A stretch of 64,000 bases of DNA from Lachnospiraceae bacterium Phil5 (GCA_002633185.1 NWBM01000003.1:36107-100106), one strand, 5' to 3'; positions 39,408 through 51,387 are shown, counted from the first letter of the stretch. Notes: generated by a model not told the origin, from the letters alone. Numbers and translations: made by a program.

Positions 39408-42400
39408 TTAATAATTCTCTTCAGCGTCTGCGTCGGCTTCAATTTCTGTACTTATTTTAGTTTCTTGGTATTTAGCTAGGCCTGTACCAGCAGGAATTAA
39501 TTTACCAATGATAACGTTTTCTTTAAGTCCTATTAATTCATCGACTTTACCTTTAATAGCAGCTTCTGTAAGAACTCTTGTTGTTTCTTGGAATGATGCA
39601 GCTGATAAGAAACTTTCTGTTGCAAGAGATGCCTTGGTAATACCAAGTAATAATCTCTTACCGTTTGCTGGTCTCTTTCCTTCTGCAATTACTCTGTTGT
39701 TTTCATCTTCGAATTCATACATATCAACTAATGATCCTGCCATCATGTTTGTATCTCCGTTATCTTCAACTCTTACTTTCTTAAGCATTTGTCTTGCAAT
39801 AACTTCGATATGTTTATCGTTGATATCAACACCTTGGTTTCTATAAACACGTTGAACTTCTTTTACTAAGTAATCAAATACTCCTTCTGGACCTTTGATT
39901 AATAAGATTTCATTTGGATTTATTGATCCTTCTGTTAATGGATCACCTGCTTCTACTAAATCTCCTTCTCTAACTTTTAGTTTTGATCCGAATGGAATTA
40001 AGTATGATTTAGCTTCTTTCTTACCTTTTACTGTTACTTCTTTTCTATTCTTGTTGTCTTTAATCTTAACTGTACCAGCAATTTCAGTAATTACAGCTAA
40101 TCCTTTTGGTTTTCTAGCTTCAAAAAGCTCTTCAACTCTAGGAAGACCTTGAGTAATATCGGCAACACCCGCAACACCACCAGAGTGGATAGTTCTCATT
40201 GTAAGCTGTGTACCAGGCTCACCAATTGATTGAGCAGCTATAATTCCTATAACTTCACCAATGTTTGCTCTTTCTCTTGTTGCTAAGCTCATACCATAAC
40301 ATTTACTACATACACCATGTTTTGTTCTACATGCTATAACTGAACGAACACCAACTCTGCTTATTCCAGCAGCTACTATTTTTTCAGCTAAGTTGTCTGT
40401 AATAACTGTGTTTGTATCTACTATTACTTCCTTAGTTTCAGGATTTACAATGTCTTCTAATGGATATCTTCCAACTAATCTTTCTTCTAGTTTTTCAACT
40501 ATTTGATTTCCGTCTTTGATATCTTCTACTACAATTCCTTCTGTTGTTCCACAATCATCTTCTCTAACGATAATATCTTGTGCAACATCAACCAATCTTC
40601 TTGTTAAGTAACCTGAATCGGCTGTTCTTAACGCTGTATCTGAAAGTCCTTTACGAGCACCATGGGCAGCTATGAAGTATTCAATAGCACTTAAACCTTC
40701 CCTAAAGCATGATGTGATTGGCACTTCAACTGCTTTACCTGTTGTACTAGCCATAAGTCCACGCATACCTGCAATTTGTTTTAATTGGTCTAAGTTACCT
40801 CTGGCTCCAGATTCAGACATCATGAATACTGGGTTTAATTTTTCGAAATTATCTTTCATTGCATCTTTAACATCATCAGTAGCTTTACTCCATACTTTAA
40901 TAACAGCATTGTATCTTTCTTCATCTGTTATTAAACCACGTTTGTATTGTTTTCTGATTGTGTCGATTTGTTTATTTGCTTCTTCTAGAATTGTTTTCTT
41001 AGCTTCTGGTACCTTAACATCACTAACTGATACTGTGATAGCACCAATTGTTGAGTATTTGTAACCTGTTGCTTTAATGTAATCTAGTAATACTGCTGTA
41101 TCGCTTAATCCATGAGCATTAATTGATTTAGCAATAATTTTTCCTAGATTTTTCTTTGTTACTACAAAGTTAATTTCTGGTTCGAAAGCATTTTCTTTCT
41201 TTGTTCTATCTACAAATCCTAAATCTTGTGGAATTCCTTCATTGTAAATAATTCTACCAACAGTTGTTTCAACTGTTCCAATTTTTTCTTCTCCATCAAT
41301 TTCTTTCTTAACTTTTACTTTAATTTTAGCATGCATTCCTAAGTCTTTGTTTTCATAAGCAATTATTGCTTCTTCTGGTGATCCGAAGTAGTTTCCTTCT
41401 CCTGGTTCTCCATCAACTTCCATTGTTAAATAGTATGCACCAAGAATCATATCTTGTGTTGGTACTGTAACAGGTTTACCATCTTGTGGTTTAAGCAAGT
41501 TGTTTACTGAAAGCATTAAGAATCTTGCTTCTGCTTGTGCTTCTGGTGATAATGGAACGTGAATAGCCATTTGGTCACCGTCGAAGTCAGCGTTGAACGC
41601 AGTACAAACTAATGGGTGAAGTTTAATTGCTCTACCTTCAACTAAAACTGGTTCGAAAGCTTGAATACCAAGTCTATGTAGTGTTGGAGCACGGTTTAAC
41701 ATAACTGGGTGATCTTTAATTACATATTCTAACATATCCCAAACTTCTGGTTTTAATTTTTCTACCATTCTTTTTGCGTTCTTAATGTTGTGTGCAATTC
41801 CTCTTCCTACTAATTCTCTCATAACAAATGGTTTGAATAATTCAATTGCCATTTCTTTTGGAAGACCGCACTGATATATTTTAAGTTCAGGACCTACAAC
41901 GATAACTGAACGTCCAGAGTAGTCAACACGTTTTCCTAGTAAGTTTTGACGGAATCTACCTTGTTTTCCTTTTAACATATCTGATAATGATTTAAGTGGT
42001 CTGTTTCCAGCACCTGTAACAGGTCTTCCACGTCTACCATTATCTATTAATGCATCTACAGATTCTTGTAACATACGTTTTTCGTTTCTTACAATTATTT
42101 CTGGTGCACCTAATTCTAGTAATCTTTTTAATCTGTTATTTCTGTTTATAACTCTTCTATATAAATCATTTAAGTCTGATGTAGCAAATCTACCACCATC
42201 TAATTGAACCATTGGTCTTAAATCTGGTGGAATAACTGGAATGGCATTCATAATCATCCATTCTGGTTTATTTCCAGATAATCTGAAAGCTTCTATAGTA
42301 TCTAATCTTTTAACTATTTTAGCTCTTTTTTGTTCACTACATTTTTCTAATTCTTTCTTTAAGCTTTTTGATAGTTTTTCTAAATCAACTTCAGCTAATA

Positions 42401-42938
42401 ATTTTTGTATAGCTTCAGCACCCATTTCTGCTTTAAATGAACCCCTACCATATTTTTCAACAGCTTCTGAATATTCTTTTTCAGATAAAACTTGAGTTTT
42501 AATTAATCCTGTATCACCTTTGTCTGTAACAACATAAGATGCAAAGTAAATAACTTTTTCTAAGTTTCTAGGAGATATATCTAGTAATAAAGCAATTCTA
42601 CTTGGAATTCCTTTAAAATACCAAATATGTGCAACTGGAGCAGCAAGTTCAATGTGACCCATTCTTTCTCTTCTTACCTTAGCCTTAGTTACTTCAACAC
42701 CACATCTATCACAAACTATTCCTTTATATCTAACACGTTTGTATTTACCACAGTGACATTCCCAGTCTTTAGTTGGACCAAATATTCTTTCACAGAATAA
42801 TCCATCTTTTTCTGGTTTTAATGTTCTATAGTTGATAGTCTCTGGTTTTTTAACTTCACCTTTTGACCATTCTCTTATCTTCTCATCAGAAGCTAATTCA
42901 ATTTTAATCTTGTCAAATAATGCTAATTCGTCATCCAT
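39408..42938 (-). CDS. rpoC: DNA-directed RNA polymerase subunit beta'
   Basis: NADFDGD catalytic motif; zinc-binding CHCGK...CDRCG; 1176 aa. Confidence 0.99.
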   Translation of the reverse strand: MDDELALFDKIKIELASDEKIREWSKGEVKKPETINYRTLKPEKDGLFCERIFGPTKDWECHCGKYKRVRYKGIVCDRCGVEVTKAKVRRERMGHIELAAPVAHIWYFKGIPSRIALLLDISPRNLEKVIYFASYVVTDKGDTGLIKTQVLSEKEYSEAVEKYGRGSFKAEMGAEAIQKLLAEVDLEKLSKSLKKELEKCSEQKRAKIVKRLDTIEAFRLSGNKPEWMIMNAIPVIPPDLRPMVQLDGGRFATSDLNDLYRRVINRNNRLKRLLELGAPEIIVRNEKRMLQESVDALIDNGRRGRPVTGAGNRPLKSLSDMLKGKQGRFRQNLLGKRVDYSGRSVIVVGPELKIYQCGLPKEMAIELFKPFVMRELVGRGIAHNIKNAKRMVEKLKPEVWDMLEYVIKDHPVMLNRAPTLHRLGIQAFEPVLVEGRAIKLHPLVCTAFNADFDGDQMAIHVPLSPEAQAEARFLMLSVNNLLKPQDGKPVTVPTQDMILGAYYLTMEVDGEPGEGNYFGSPEEAIIAYENKDLGMHAKIKVKVKKEIDGEEKIGTVETTVGRIIYNEGIPQDLGFVDRTKKENAFEPEINFVVTKKNLGKIIAKSINAHGLSDTAVLLDYIKATGYKYSTIGAITVSVSDVKVPEAKKTILEEANKQIDTIRKQYKRGLITDEERYNAVIKVWSKATDDVKDAMKDNFEKLNPVFMMSESGARGNLDQLKQIAGMRGLMASTTGKAVEVPITSCFREGLSAIEYFIAAHGARKGLSDTALRTADSGYLTRRLVDVAQDIIVREDDCGTTEGIVVEDIKDGNQIVEKLEERLVGRYPLEDIVNPETKEVIVDTNTVITDNLAEKIVAAGISRVGVRSVIACRTKHGVCSKCYGMSLATRERANIGEVIGIIAAQSIGEPGTQLTMRTIHSGGVAGVADITQGLPRVEELFEARKPKGLAVITEIAGTVKIKDNKNRKEVTVKGKKEAKSYLIPFGSKLKVREGDLVEAGDPLTEGSINPNEILLIKGPEGVFDYLVKEVQRVYRNQGVDINDKHIEVIARQMLKKVRVEDNGDTNMMAGSLVDMYEFEDENNRVIAEGKRPANGKRLLLGITKASLATESFLSAASFQETTRVLTEAAIKGKVDELIGLKENVIIGKLIPAGTGLAKYQETKISTEIEADADAEENY

Positions 42939-45900
42939 TAAAACTCGCCTCCTTCCTCGTCATCTAATCCTGTTGTATCAAATTCATCATCATCTAGCAA
43001 CATTAAGTCATCTGCATCTTCATCTAATGGTTCGAAAATTGAATCATCATCTAAATCATCTGCATCTGCTTCTATATAACTGTCTTCTAATTCAGATTCA
43101 TCTACAACTTCTTCTACTTCCATATTTTTATCTTTGTCTAAATTAAAGTCTATTCCATCTTCAATATGTTCTTTTAATTCAAGTTCTTCGTTATCTTTAG
43201 AGAATAAACGTACATCTAATCCTAAAGATTGAAGTTCTTTTATTAATACTTTGAATCCTTCTGGAACACCTGGTTCAGGGATGTTTTCACCTTTTACAAT
43301 TGATTCATAAGTTTTTACTCTTCCTACAACATCATCAGATTTAACTGTTAACATTTCTTGAAGTGTGTATGCAGCACCATAAGCTTCTAGTGCCCAAACT
43401 TCCATTTCTCCGAAACGTTGTCCACCGAATTGTGCTTTACCTCCAAGTGGTTGTTGTGTAACTAGTGAATATGGTCCAGTTGAACGAGCATGTATTTTAT
43501 CATCAACTAAGTGGTGAAGTTTTAACATGTACATTACACCAACTGTAACTGGGTTTTTGAATTCTTCACCAGTTCTACCATCGTATAAAGTTGTTTTTCC
43601 ATCTCTTCTTAATCCTGCTTGTTCTAGTAAGTCTTCAATTTCGTATGATTTAGCACCATCAAATACTGGTGTTTCAACCATCCATCCTAAAGAACGAGCT
43701 GCCATACCTAAGTGAACCTCTAACACTTGACCTAGGTTCATACGTGAAGGTACACCTAATGGGTTAAGTACTATATCTACTGGAGTACCATCTGGTAAGA
43801 ATGGCATATCTTCTTCAGGTAGTATTCTTGAAATAACACCTTTGTTACCATGACGTCCGGCCATTTTATCTCCGACTGATACTTTTCTCTTTGTAGCTAT
43901 ATAACATCTAATTACTTGATTTACACCAGGTCCTAATTCATCTGAATTTTCTCTAGTGAATATTTTAACATCAACTATAGTTCCAGCTTCACCATGTGGT
44001 ACACGAAGTGATGTATCTCTTACTTCTCTAGCTTTTTCACCAAAGATAGCACGTAATAATCTTTCTTCTGCTGTTAATTCTGTTTCTCCTTTTGGAGTAA
44101 CTTTTCCAACTAGGATATCTCCTGGTCTTACTTCAGCACCAATTCTGATTATACCGTCTTCATCTAGGTCTTTTAAGCTGTCATCCCCAACGTTTGGTAT
44201 ATCACGCGTGATTTCTTCTGGTCCAAGTTTTGTATCACGGCATTCGCAATCATATTCCTCAATATGTATTGATGTGTAAACATCTTCTTTAACTAATCTT
44301 TCGCTGATTAATACAGCGTCTTCGTAGTTATAACCTTCCCATGTTGTGAAAGCTATTAATACGTTTTTACCAAGAGCCATTTCACCATTTTTTGTAGAAG
44401 GTCCATCAGCTAAAATTCCACCAACTTTAACTTTTTCTCCTCTTGCTACAACTGGTCTTTGGTTGATACATGTACCACCATTTGTTCTCTTGAATTTACG
44501 TAATTTATATGTATCTAAGCTTCCATCTTTAGTTCTAACTGTAACTTCGTCTGCTGTTACTTTTTCAACTATACCTGCATTTTTTGCAGTTACAGTAATT
44601 CCAGAATCTTTAGCTGCTTTATATTCTATACCTGTTGCAACTATTGGTGCTTCTGGCATTAAAAGTGGTACAGCTTGACGTTGCATGTTAGATCCCATTA
44701 ATGAACGCTTAACGTCGTCGTGCTCCAAGAAAGGAATCATTGCAGCAGCAACTGAAACTAATTGTTTTGGAGAGATATCTATGTAGTCAACCATTTCTTT
44801 ATCAACTTCTAGAATATCATTTGCATATCTAACTCTTACACGAGGATGTACAAATCTTCCTTCTTCATCTAGTGGTTCAGAAGCCATGGCAATTACATAT
44901 TTATCTTCAATGTCTGCTGGCATGTATTCTATAATATCTGTAACTTTTCCTGTTTCTTTGTCAACTTTTTTGTATGGAGTTTCAATAAATCCATATTCAT
45001 TTATTATTGCAAAACATGAAAGCGCTGATATAAGACCGATGTTTGGTCCTTCAGGAGATTCTACTGGACATAATCTACCATAGTGTGTATGGTGAATATC
45101 TCTAACCTCGAATCCTGCTCTTTCACGTGTAAGACCTCCAGGTCCTAATGCAGAAATTCTTCTCTTATGAGTTAACTCTGAAAGTGGGTTTGTTTGGTCC
45201 ATGAATTGTGATAATTGTGAACTTCCAAAGAATTCTCTTATTGAAGATGTAATTGGTTTTGTATTAATTAATGTTTGTGGTGTTACTACATCTAAGTCTT
45301 GTGTTGTCATTCTTTCACGAACAGCTCTTTCAAGTCTTGTTAAACCAATTCTAAATTGGTTTTGTAATAATTCACCAACACATCTAATACGTCTATTTCC
45401 TAAGTGATCTATATCATCAATTTCTCCTATACCATGATCTAGGTTTAGTAAGAAGCTTATTGATGCTATAATATCTTCGTTTGTTATGTGTTTAGGAATT
45501 AATTCATCATATCTTTCTTTTAGAACTTTTACTAAATCTTTTTCATCTGTTGTGTCGATGATTGATTTTAGTACTTCATAATTTACATCTTCTTTGAAAT
45601 GTAGCTTACTTAAATCCACATTTGGTAATACATTGTGGATATTTACTGTTCCATTTCCTATTACTCTTACTTTTTTGTCTTCAACTTTAACGTCTACAAT
45701 GTTAATTCCAGAATCTTGAATTTGTCTTGCAACTTCTTCTGAAATAACTGTATCTTTTTCAACTAATAATTCACCTGTTGATGGGTCAATTATGTCGCTG
45801 AATGAAACTTTTCCTGTTATTCTTCTTGCTAAACTTAATTTTTGGTTGAATTTGTATCTACCAACTTTAGCTAAGTCATATCTTCTTGGATCAAAGAATA

Positions 45901-46669
45901 ATCCATTGAATAAGTTACGTGCAGCGTCTGCTGTTGGAAGCTCTCCTGGTCTTAATTTTTTGTAAATTTCGACTATAGCTTCATCAGCGTCTTTAATTGG
46001 ATCTTTGTTTATTGTTGCAACTATTTTATCATCTTCACCAAATAAATCTAAAATTTCTTGGTCTGTTGTGATTCCAATTGCTCTTAATAAACATGTAACT
46101 GGTAGTTTTCTTGTTCTATCCACCCTAACATTTACAATGTCGTTTGCATCTGTTTCATACTCAATCCATGCACCACGAATTGGCATTACTGTAGATGTGT
46201 AAATACGTTTTCCTGTTTTGTCATAATCACTTGCATAATAACATCCAGGTGAACGTACTAACTGGCTAACTACAACTCTTTCAGCACCATTGATAATGAA
46301 AGTTCCACTTTCTGTCATTAATGGGAAATCTCCTAAATAGATTTCTTGCTCTTTGATTTCACCAGTTTCTTTGTTGATAAGTCTTACTTTAACATGCAAT
46401 CTTGTTGAATAAGTTGCATCTCTTTCTTTGGCTTCTTCAACTGTGTACTTTGTTTTTTCTTCCATGTAATAATCGAAAAATTCAAGAATTAAATTTCCAG
46501 AATAGTCAATTATAGGTGAAATATCTTTTAATACTTCGCCTAAGCCTTCTTCAACGAACCAATCGTAAGAATCTTTTTGAACTTGAATAAGATTAGGAAT
46601 CTCGATTGAGTCGCCGATTTTAGCAAAAGTTTTACGTGTACTTTTTTCGTACTTTACGTCTTTTACCAA
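42938..46669 (-). CDS. rpoB: DNA-directed RNA polymerase subunit beta
   Basis: Full-length beta subunit with an acidic C-terminal tail; TAATG overlap with rpoC. Confidence 0.99.
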   Translation of the reverse strand: MVKDVKYEKSTRKTFAKIGDSIEIPNLIQVQKDSYDWFVEEGLGEVLKDISPIIDYSGNLILEFFDYYMEEKTKYTVEEAKERDATYSTRLHVKVRLINKETGEIKEQEIYLGDFPLMTESGTFIINGAERVVVSQLVRSPGCYYASDYDKTGKRIYTSTVMPIRGAWIEYETDANDIVNVRVDRTRKLPVTCLLRAIGITTDQEILDLFGEDDKIVATINKDPIKDADEAIVEIYKKLRPGELPTADAARNLFNGLFFDPRRYDLAKVGRYKFNQKLSLARRITGKVSFSDIIDPSTGELLVEKDTVISEEVARQIQDSGINIVDVKVEDKKVRVIGNGTVNIHNVLPNVDLSKLHFKEDVNYEVLKSIIDTTDEKDLVKVLKERYDELIPKHITNEDIIASISFLLNLDHGIGEIDDIDHLGNRRIRCVGELLQNQFRIGLTRLERAVRERMTTQDLDVVTPQTLINTKPITSSIREFFGSSQLSQFMDQTNPLSELTHKRRISALGPGGLTRERAGFEVRDIHHTHYGRLCPVESPEGPNIGLISALSCFAIINEYGFIETPYKKVDKETGKVTDIIEYMPADIEDKYVIAMASEPLDEEGRFVHPRVRVRYANDILEVDKEMVDYIDISPKQLVSVAAAMIPFLEHDDVKRSLMGSNMQRQAVPLLMPEAPIVATGIEYKAAKDSGITVTAKNAGIVEKVTADEVTVRTKDGSLDTYKLRKFKRTNGGTCINQRPVVARGEKVKVGGILADGPSTKNGEMALGKNVLIAFTTWEGYNYEDAVLISERLVKEDVYTSIHIEEYDCECRDTKLGPEEITRDIPNVGDDSLKDLDEDGIIRIGAEVRPGDILVGKVTPKGETELTAEERLLRAIFGEKAREVRDTSLRVPHGEAGTIVDVKIFTRENSDELGPGVNQVIRCYIATKRKVSVGDKMAGRHGNKGVISRILPEEDMPFLPDGTPVDIVLNPLGVPSRMNLGQVLEVHLGMAARSLGWMVETPVFDGAKSYEIEDLLEQAGLRRDGKTTLYDGRTGEEFKNPVTVGVMYMLKLHHLVDDKIHARSTGPYSLVTQQPLGGKAQFGGQRFGEMEVWALEAYGAAYTLQEMLTVKSDDVVGRVKTYESIVKGENIPEPGVPEGFKVLIKELQSLGLDVRLFSKDNEELELKEHIEDGIDFNLDKDKNMEVEEVVDESELEDSYIEADADDLDDDSIFEPLDEDADDLMLLDDDEFDTTGLDDEEGGEF

Positions 46670-47038
46670 CTTAAATCACCCCTATAAAAATTTAAGCAGA
46701 AATAAAATTTATATATATTTAAAAAAGTCCTTCTTGCGTATTAAACTATTTTTATAAATAACAAAATTCTCTGCCAATTAATTTTGCTAGTTTATATAAC
46801 TAGTTTAAGGCAATTCCTCTTTTTTAAATTTAATATAACGAAATTAATTTTAAAAAATTTAAATCTTTAGAACCTCAAAAAAAGCGACAAAAAGCATGTT
46901 AGCAAGTACTCCTTTTTTTGCTAACATCCTTTTCATCTACATTTATTTTTTCTCTCGTTTCATAACTATTTTAATAATTTTTATCACCCTTTTTCGAATT
47001 CTTTTCGCCAAGGAGTAAAAATTTATAATATACTAGAT

Positions 47039-47068
47039 AATTATACTATATATTTAATAGGCTTGTCA
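47039..47068 (-). promoter_or_regulatory. Putative rpoBC promoter, giving a ~370 nt leader
   Basis: TTGACA-18 nt-TATAAT on the minus strand. Confidence 0.5.
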
Positions 47069-47089
47069 ATAATTTTTTGCTAATTTTTA

Positions 47090-47123
47090 GTGGATTTTTG
47101 GGAACACCTCCAAAAAACATCTT
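47090..47123. repeat. Palindromic repeat unit (variant GGGAACACCTCC)
   Basis: GTGGATTTTTGGGAACACCTCCAAAAAACATCTT. Confidence 0.85.
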
Positions 47124-47129
47124 CGGTCG

Positions 47130-47169
47130 AAAAAAGAAGAAACAATTCTATGAATTGTTTCTTCTTTTT
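47130..47169 (-). terminator. Terminator of the 47174 gene
   Basis: GAAGAAACAATTC/GAATTGTTTCTTC stem flanked by A and T runs. Confidence 0.8.
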
Positions 47170-47173
47170 AAAG

Positions 47174-47512
47174 TTATTCTGCCGTAATTTCAATCTGAGT
47201 TTCATCATCAAACTGAAGCCAATAAACTGTAATCCTATCCGTGTAAGCTGAAGAATCTCTGTTTATGCCTCTAAAATCTGTTACCTTGTACCAACCAGCA
47301 CCACCCCACCATTCGAATTCAAGTATGGGCTTCCCCTCTCCGATATGGTTTCTGTGTTGCCATTTTCCCCCAGAAATCAGCTTGTAATATATGGCACTCG
47401 ATACCATAATTTCGTCTAAATTCTTGGGGCGTAAGTTGTGTATTGCGTCCATGAAATCCAAGAAGTCGTCATGTGGAACAATAACCTTTTTGTTTACCAT
47501 TTTAGTAATCAT
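47174..47512 (-). CDS. Orphan 112-aa protein of atypical (G+C-richer) composition, function unknown
   Basis: GGGAGG RBS before the ATG at 47512; own terminator; flanked by inverted repeat units. Confidence 0.55.
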   Translation of the reverse strand: MITKMVNKKVIVPHDDFLDFMDAIHNLRPKNLDEIMVSSAIYYKLISGGKWQHRNHIGEGKPILEFEWWGGAGWYKVTDFRGINRDSSAYTDRITVYWLQFDDETQIEITAE

Positions 47513-47676
47513 TTTGAGCTCCTCCCAGTGTTGCAACATATTGCCTATTTAAAGCAAAATGTTTAGGCAGAATTAGTGTTTTAATATTCAGATAAAACAC
47601 TAATAACGTATGATAACCAAGCTGTTCCGCTTATTGGTTGGGCACATTATATCACATTGTTTTATCAAAAGCAATA

Positions 47677-47705
47677 TTTTTTGGAGGTGTCCCAAAAACT
47701 CTTAC
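47677..47705. repeat. Palindromic repeat unit (GGAGGTGTCCC orientation)
   Basis: TTTTTTGGAGGTGTCCCAAAAACTCTTA, 9 nt from the galE stop. Confidence 0.9.
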
Positions 47706-47713
47706 CCCAAACT

Positions 47714-48727
47714 CTATTCATATCCTTTTGGATTTTTTTCTTGCCAGTTCCATGAATCTCTGCACATATCGTTTAAATCGTATTGCGCTTTCCAGTTTAA
47801 TAGTCTTTCTGCCTTGTCAACACATGCATAAGAATATTCAACATCACCTGGTCTTCTATCTTTGAATACAACTGGAATTTTTACTCCACTTGCTTTTTCA
47901 AATGCGTGAACAACTTCTAATACAGAGCTTCCATTCCCTGTTCCTAAGTTTATAGCTTCTGCTCCTGTATGTTCTGTTGCATATTTTATTGCTGCAACAT
48001 GTCCTTTTGCTAAATCTACAACATGAATAAAATCTCTAACTCCTGTTCCATCTGGTGTGTTGTAGTCTGTTCCGAATACATTTAAGCATTCTCTAATTCC
48101 TATTGCAGTTTGTGTTATATATGGCATTAAGTTATTTGGAATTCCATCAGGTGCTTCACCAATTAATCCACTTGGATGTGCTCCTATTGGATTGAAATAT
48201 CTTAATAAAACTGCTGAAAATTTACTGTTTGCTGCTGCTACGTCTTTTAAAATATTTTCAATCATTAATTTAGTGCTTCCATAAGCATTTGTTGTTCCAC
48301 CTGTAGGCATATCTTCTCTAAATGGAACTTGGTTTTTATCACCATAAACTGTTGCTGATGAACTAAATACAAATGCATTGCAATCATTTTCTTCCATAAC
48401 TTCCAATACTGTTAATGTTGTGTCAATGTTGTTTCTATAGTATTTTAGAGGAACTTTTGTTGATTCTGGAACGCATTTATATCCAGCAAAATGAATTACA
48501 CCTTCAATGTTATTTTCTTCAAAAATTCTTCTTACATCTTCTTTTACTGATACATCAACTTTATAGAATTTTGGCTTTACTCCTGTTATTATTTCTATTC
48601 TATCTATTACCTTTTCACTGCTATTTGATAGGTCATCTGCTATTATTACATCATATCCTGCATTTATCATTTCTACTGCAGTATGTGAGCCTATAAATCC
48701 TGCTCCTCCTGTTAATAATATTGACAT
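47714..48727 (-). CDS. galE: UDP-glucose 4-epimerase
   Basis: GGAGFIGSH NAD motif; YGSTK catalytic motif; 337 aa. Confidence 0.95.
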   Translation of the reverse strand: MSILLTGGAGFIGSHTAVEMINAGYDVIIADDLSNSSEKVIDRIEIITGVKPKFYKVDVSVKEDVRRIFEENNIEGVIHFAGYKCVPESTKVPLKYYRNNIDTTLTVLEVMEENDCNAFVFSSSATVYGDKNQVPFREDMPTGGTTNAYGSTKLMIENILKDVAAANSKFSAVLLRYFNPIGAHPSGLIGEAPDGIPNNLMPYITQTAIGIRECLNVFGTDYNTPDGTGVRDFIHVVDLAKGHVAAIKYATEHTGAEAINLGTGNGSSVLEVVHAFEKASGVKIPVVFKDRRPGDVEYSYACVDKAERLLNWKAQYDLNDMCRDSWNWQEKNPKGYE

Positions 48728-48929
48728 TTTAATACCTCCTTGTTTTTCTATTGTTCGTTTTCAAATTATCATATTTTGGTTTTATAGTCAAGTAGGCTGG
48801 ATTGTTTGCTTTTTTGTTGTATTTTGTCGATGAATTTTATTATCAAACTTATTGTTTTGCACTTTTATTTAATATATAATTGTAACATCCTTTTCATTAA
48901 GGAAATCTTTATGAAGGGGGTGAAAATTT

Positions 48930-49037
48930 ATGAGCAATTCCGACGTTATCTTGAAACTTGTAAAAATGCTAATAGATTCTGAAAAGAAGCAAGCAGTTTT
49001 ACAAAAGAAGCTTCAAGAGCAGACAAAGAAAGATTAG
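48930..49037 (+). CDS. Possible 35-aa helical peptide
   Basis: GAAGGGGGTG RBS 7 nt before the ATG, followed by a terminator; no recognisable family. Confidence 0.3.
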   Translation: MSNSDVILKLVKMLIDSEKKQAVLQKKLQEQTKKD

Positions 49038-49052
49038 TACATATCTAATCAC

Positions 49053-49089
49053 AAAGAGATAGTAATTTGCCATTACTATCTCTTTTTTT
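49053..49089 (+). terminator. Rho-independent terminator
   Basis: AAAGAGATAGTAAT/ATTACTATCTCTTT followed by a T-run; a related second hairpin lies at 49095-49128. Confidence 0.75.
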
Positions 49090-49276
49090 AATGCAAAAGA
49101 GATGCATTATTTGCCACTGCATCTCTTTCTAATTTATGATCAATTCCGTTTTCAGACTTTTCTTTAAGTCAATATTATTTTACCCGTTTTCTATAAAAAT
49201 GTCAATACTTTTCCATATTTTTTTATCAACATTATTCGACAAAAAACGCAAGAAATATGAACTCCTTGCGTTTTAT

Positions 49277-49352
49277 TGGTGAGCCATCGGGGGATCGAAC
49301 CCCGGACCTTCAGATTAAGAGTCTGCTGCTCTACCAGCTGAGCTAATGACCC
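49277..49352 (-). tRNA. tRNA-Lys (anticodon CTT)
   Basis: Cloverleaf GGGTCATTAGCTCAGCTGGTAGAGC...CT-CTT-AA...GGTTCGATCCCC...CCA. Confidence 0.95.
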
Positions 49353-49531
49353 ATGAATTTGTTAACGATATTTATTATATAACCTTTCTTTAAGAAAAGT
49401 CAAGCAATTTTATAATTTTTCTGTTTCATAATATTAAATTTTTTAAATTTTTTTGTAAAAAATACTTGAATTAAAAATTATTTAATAATATAATGTAAAA
49501 GAATCAAAAGATAAATTAAGGGGAGATAACT

Positions 49532-50155
49532 ATGGAATTATTAAAAGATATTTATTTCAATACTGATAAACTTGTTGAAAATACTAATGTTAAGGTATCT
49601 TACACAGGTAAATTTTACCAAGGAGATAATGATAAAGTTTTTATACATTATGGATATGGAAAAGATTGGGATAATGTACAAGAAGTTGAAATGAAAAAAA
49701 CAGATTTAGGATACCAAACAGAATTAAATCTAGCTGGTAATGAAACTATTAATTTTTGTTTCAAAAATCAAAACAATGAATGGGATAACAATTTAGGACA
49801 AAACTATGTATTTAATATAGAAAAAGCTTCTATAAACGATTTAGGAACAACAACTTTTGGAAATCCTACAGCACAAGAATTAAATTCAATTGTTAATCCA
49901 ATTTCAAATATTGTAAATGAAGAAGCAAATACAATAAAATCACCAATTAAAGAAATAGCTCAAGCAGCAGGAGTTGCTCCAGTTGAACCAACAACAAAAC
50001 CAATTACATCTTTAGCTGTTTCAAATTCAAACAAATGGGATTGGACAAGCACAATTAATTGGGCAAAAAGAGTTAAAGCATCTATTGCTAAATTCTTTGC
50101 ATCTGTTCCAAAATTTGTTTCAGGAAATTATAAAAGAAGTGTAAATAAGAAATAA
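49532..50155 (+). CDS. Cytoplasmic protein with an N-terminal CBM25/CBM53-like (starch-binding-like) domain
   Basis: IHYGYGKDWDNV...FCFKNQNNEWDNNLGQNY pattern; AAGGGGAG RBS. Confidence 0.45.
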   Translation: MELLKDIYFNTDKLVENTNVKVSYTGKFYQGDNDKVFIHYGYGKDWDNVQEVEMKKTDLGYQTELNLAGNETINFCFKNQNNEWDNNLGQNYVFNIEKASINDLGTTTFGNPTAQELNSIVNPISNIVNEEANTIKSPIKEIAQAAGVAPVEPTTKPITSLAVSNSNKWDWTSTINWAKRVKASIAKFFASVPKFVSGNYKRSVNKK

Positions 50156-50161
50156 AATAAT

Positions 50162-50196
50162 AAAAAAGAATAGCTTGTAAAAAGCTATTCTTTTTT
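50162..50196 (+). terminator. Rho-independent terminator
   Basis: AAAAAAGAATAGCTT-GTAAA-AAGCTATTCTTTTTT. Confidence 0.85.
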
Positions 50197-50206
50197 ATGG
50201 TTTTCA

Positions 50207-50239
50207 GTAGAGTTTGGGGGACACCTCCAAAGACTCTAC
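50207..50239. repeat. Palindromic repeat unit with extended GTAGAG/CTCTAC stem
   Basis: GTAGAGTTTGGGGGACACCTCCAAAGACTCTAC; the terminal CTA is the stop codon of the SDR gene. Confidence 0.9.
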
Positions 50240-50967
50240 TAAAATAACCATCCACCATTAACAGAAATTACCTGACCTGTTGTATATTCATTTTCAATCA
50301 ACCACTTTGCACATGATGCTATCTCTTCTGGTTTTCCCATTCTCTCAAGTGGTATTTCATTGTTCAATTCTTTTCTTTCTTCTACTGTCAAGAATTTATT
50401 CATATCTGTATCTATTGCACCTGGTGCTATACTATTTACTCGAATGTTTGATGGTCCTAATTCTTTTGCAAGTGATTTTGTAATTCCATCTACCCCTGCT
50501 TTCGCAGCTGAATAATGTGCTTCACATGATGCTCCAGTTATTCCATATATAGATGAAATATTTATTATACATCCTTCTTTTCTTGAAACCATATATCTTA
50601 GAGCCTCTTGTGTTGTGTAAAATACTGATGTTAAATTCGTTTGAATCATATTGTTCCAATCATCATCTGTTAGGTCTGTAAATAATTTTGATTGGCATAT
50701 TCCAGCATTGTTAATTAATACATCAATTCTGCCAAATTTCTCTATTGCAAAGTTTATTAAACCTTTTACCTCTTCCCTGTTTCTAACATCAGCTTTATAA
50801 ATCTCTACTGTTTTTCCACAATTTGTAAGTATATTTTTGATTGTATTTGCTTCATTTTCCGAATTGTAATAATTCAATATCACATTATAATTGGCATTAG
50901 CAAGTTCTTCTACAATTGCAGCGCCAATCCCACGTGATCCACCTGTTACAATTACTACCTTATTCAT
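50239..50967 (-). CDS. Short-chain dehydrogenase/reductase (FabG-like)
   Basis: TGGSRGIGAAI cofactor motif; YSAAK catalytic motif. Confidence 0.85.
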   Translation of the reverse strand: MNKVVIVTGGSRGIGAAIVEELANANYNVILNYYNSENEANTIKNILTNCGKTVEIYKADVRNREEVKGLINFAIEKFGRIDVLINNAGICQSKLFTDLTDDDWNNMIQTNLTSVFYTTQEALRYMVSRKEGCIINISSIYGITGASCEAHYSAAKAGVDGITKSLAKELGPSNIRVNSIAPGAIDTDMNKFLTVEERKELNNEIPLERMGKPEEIASCAKWLIENEYTTGQVISVNGGWLF

Positions 50968-51085
50968 ATCTTTTCACTCCCTTTTTACACTTATATTATA
51001 TCTTTATATTCAAGATTTATCAAGGTTTTCAATAATAATTAAAAAGCCAGTAATTAAGATTAAATCAAAACTACTGACCTTCTAA

Positions 51086-51162
51086 TGGAGCCACTTCTCA
51101 GATTCGAACTGAGGACCCCCGCATTACAAGTGCGGTGCTCTGGCCAACTGAGCTAAAGTGGC
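51086..51162 (-). tRNA. tRNA-Thr (anticodon TGT)
   Basis: GCCACTTTAGCTCAGTTGG...CT-TGT-AA...GGTTCGAATC...CCA. Confidence 0.95.
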
Positions 51163-51190
51163 ATTACTATTATATGTTTTAAATAAAAAT

Positions 51191-51265
51191 TGGTGACCCG
51201 TACGGGAATCGAACCCATGTCTCCGCCGTGAAAGGGCGATGTCTTAACCGCTTGACCAACGGGCC
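51191..51265 (-). tRNA. tRNA-Glu (anticodon TTC)
   Basis: GGCCCGTTGGTCAAGCGGTTAAGAC...CT-TTC-AC...GGTTCGATTCCC...CCA. Confidence 0.95.
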
Positions 51266-51311
51266 ATAAATTTTATTTCTAGGATTTAAGCGTGAACTTA
51301 AATCCTAGATT

Positions 51312-51387
51312 TGGTGAGCCATCGCGGACTCGAACCGCGGACAACTTGATTAAAAGTCAAGTGCTCTACCACCTGAGCTAATGACCC
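51312..51387 (-). tRNA. tRNA-Lys (anticodon TTT)
   Basis: GGGTCATTAGCTCAGGTGGTAGAGC...CT-TTT-AA...GGTTCGAGTCC...CCA. Confidence 0.95.

Noticed and set aside
39408-46669. Many 60-150 aa ORFs antisense to or out of frame within rpoB, rpoC, fusA, clpB, topA and others (for example 43956..44279 +, 40672..41064 +)
   Set aside because: They are fully embedded in highly conserved genes on the other strand or frame, have Ser/Leu/Phe-rich shadow-ORF composition, and lack RBSs.
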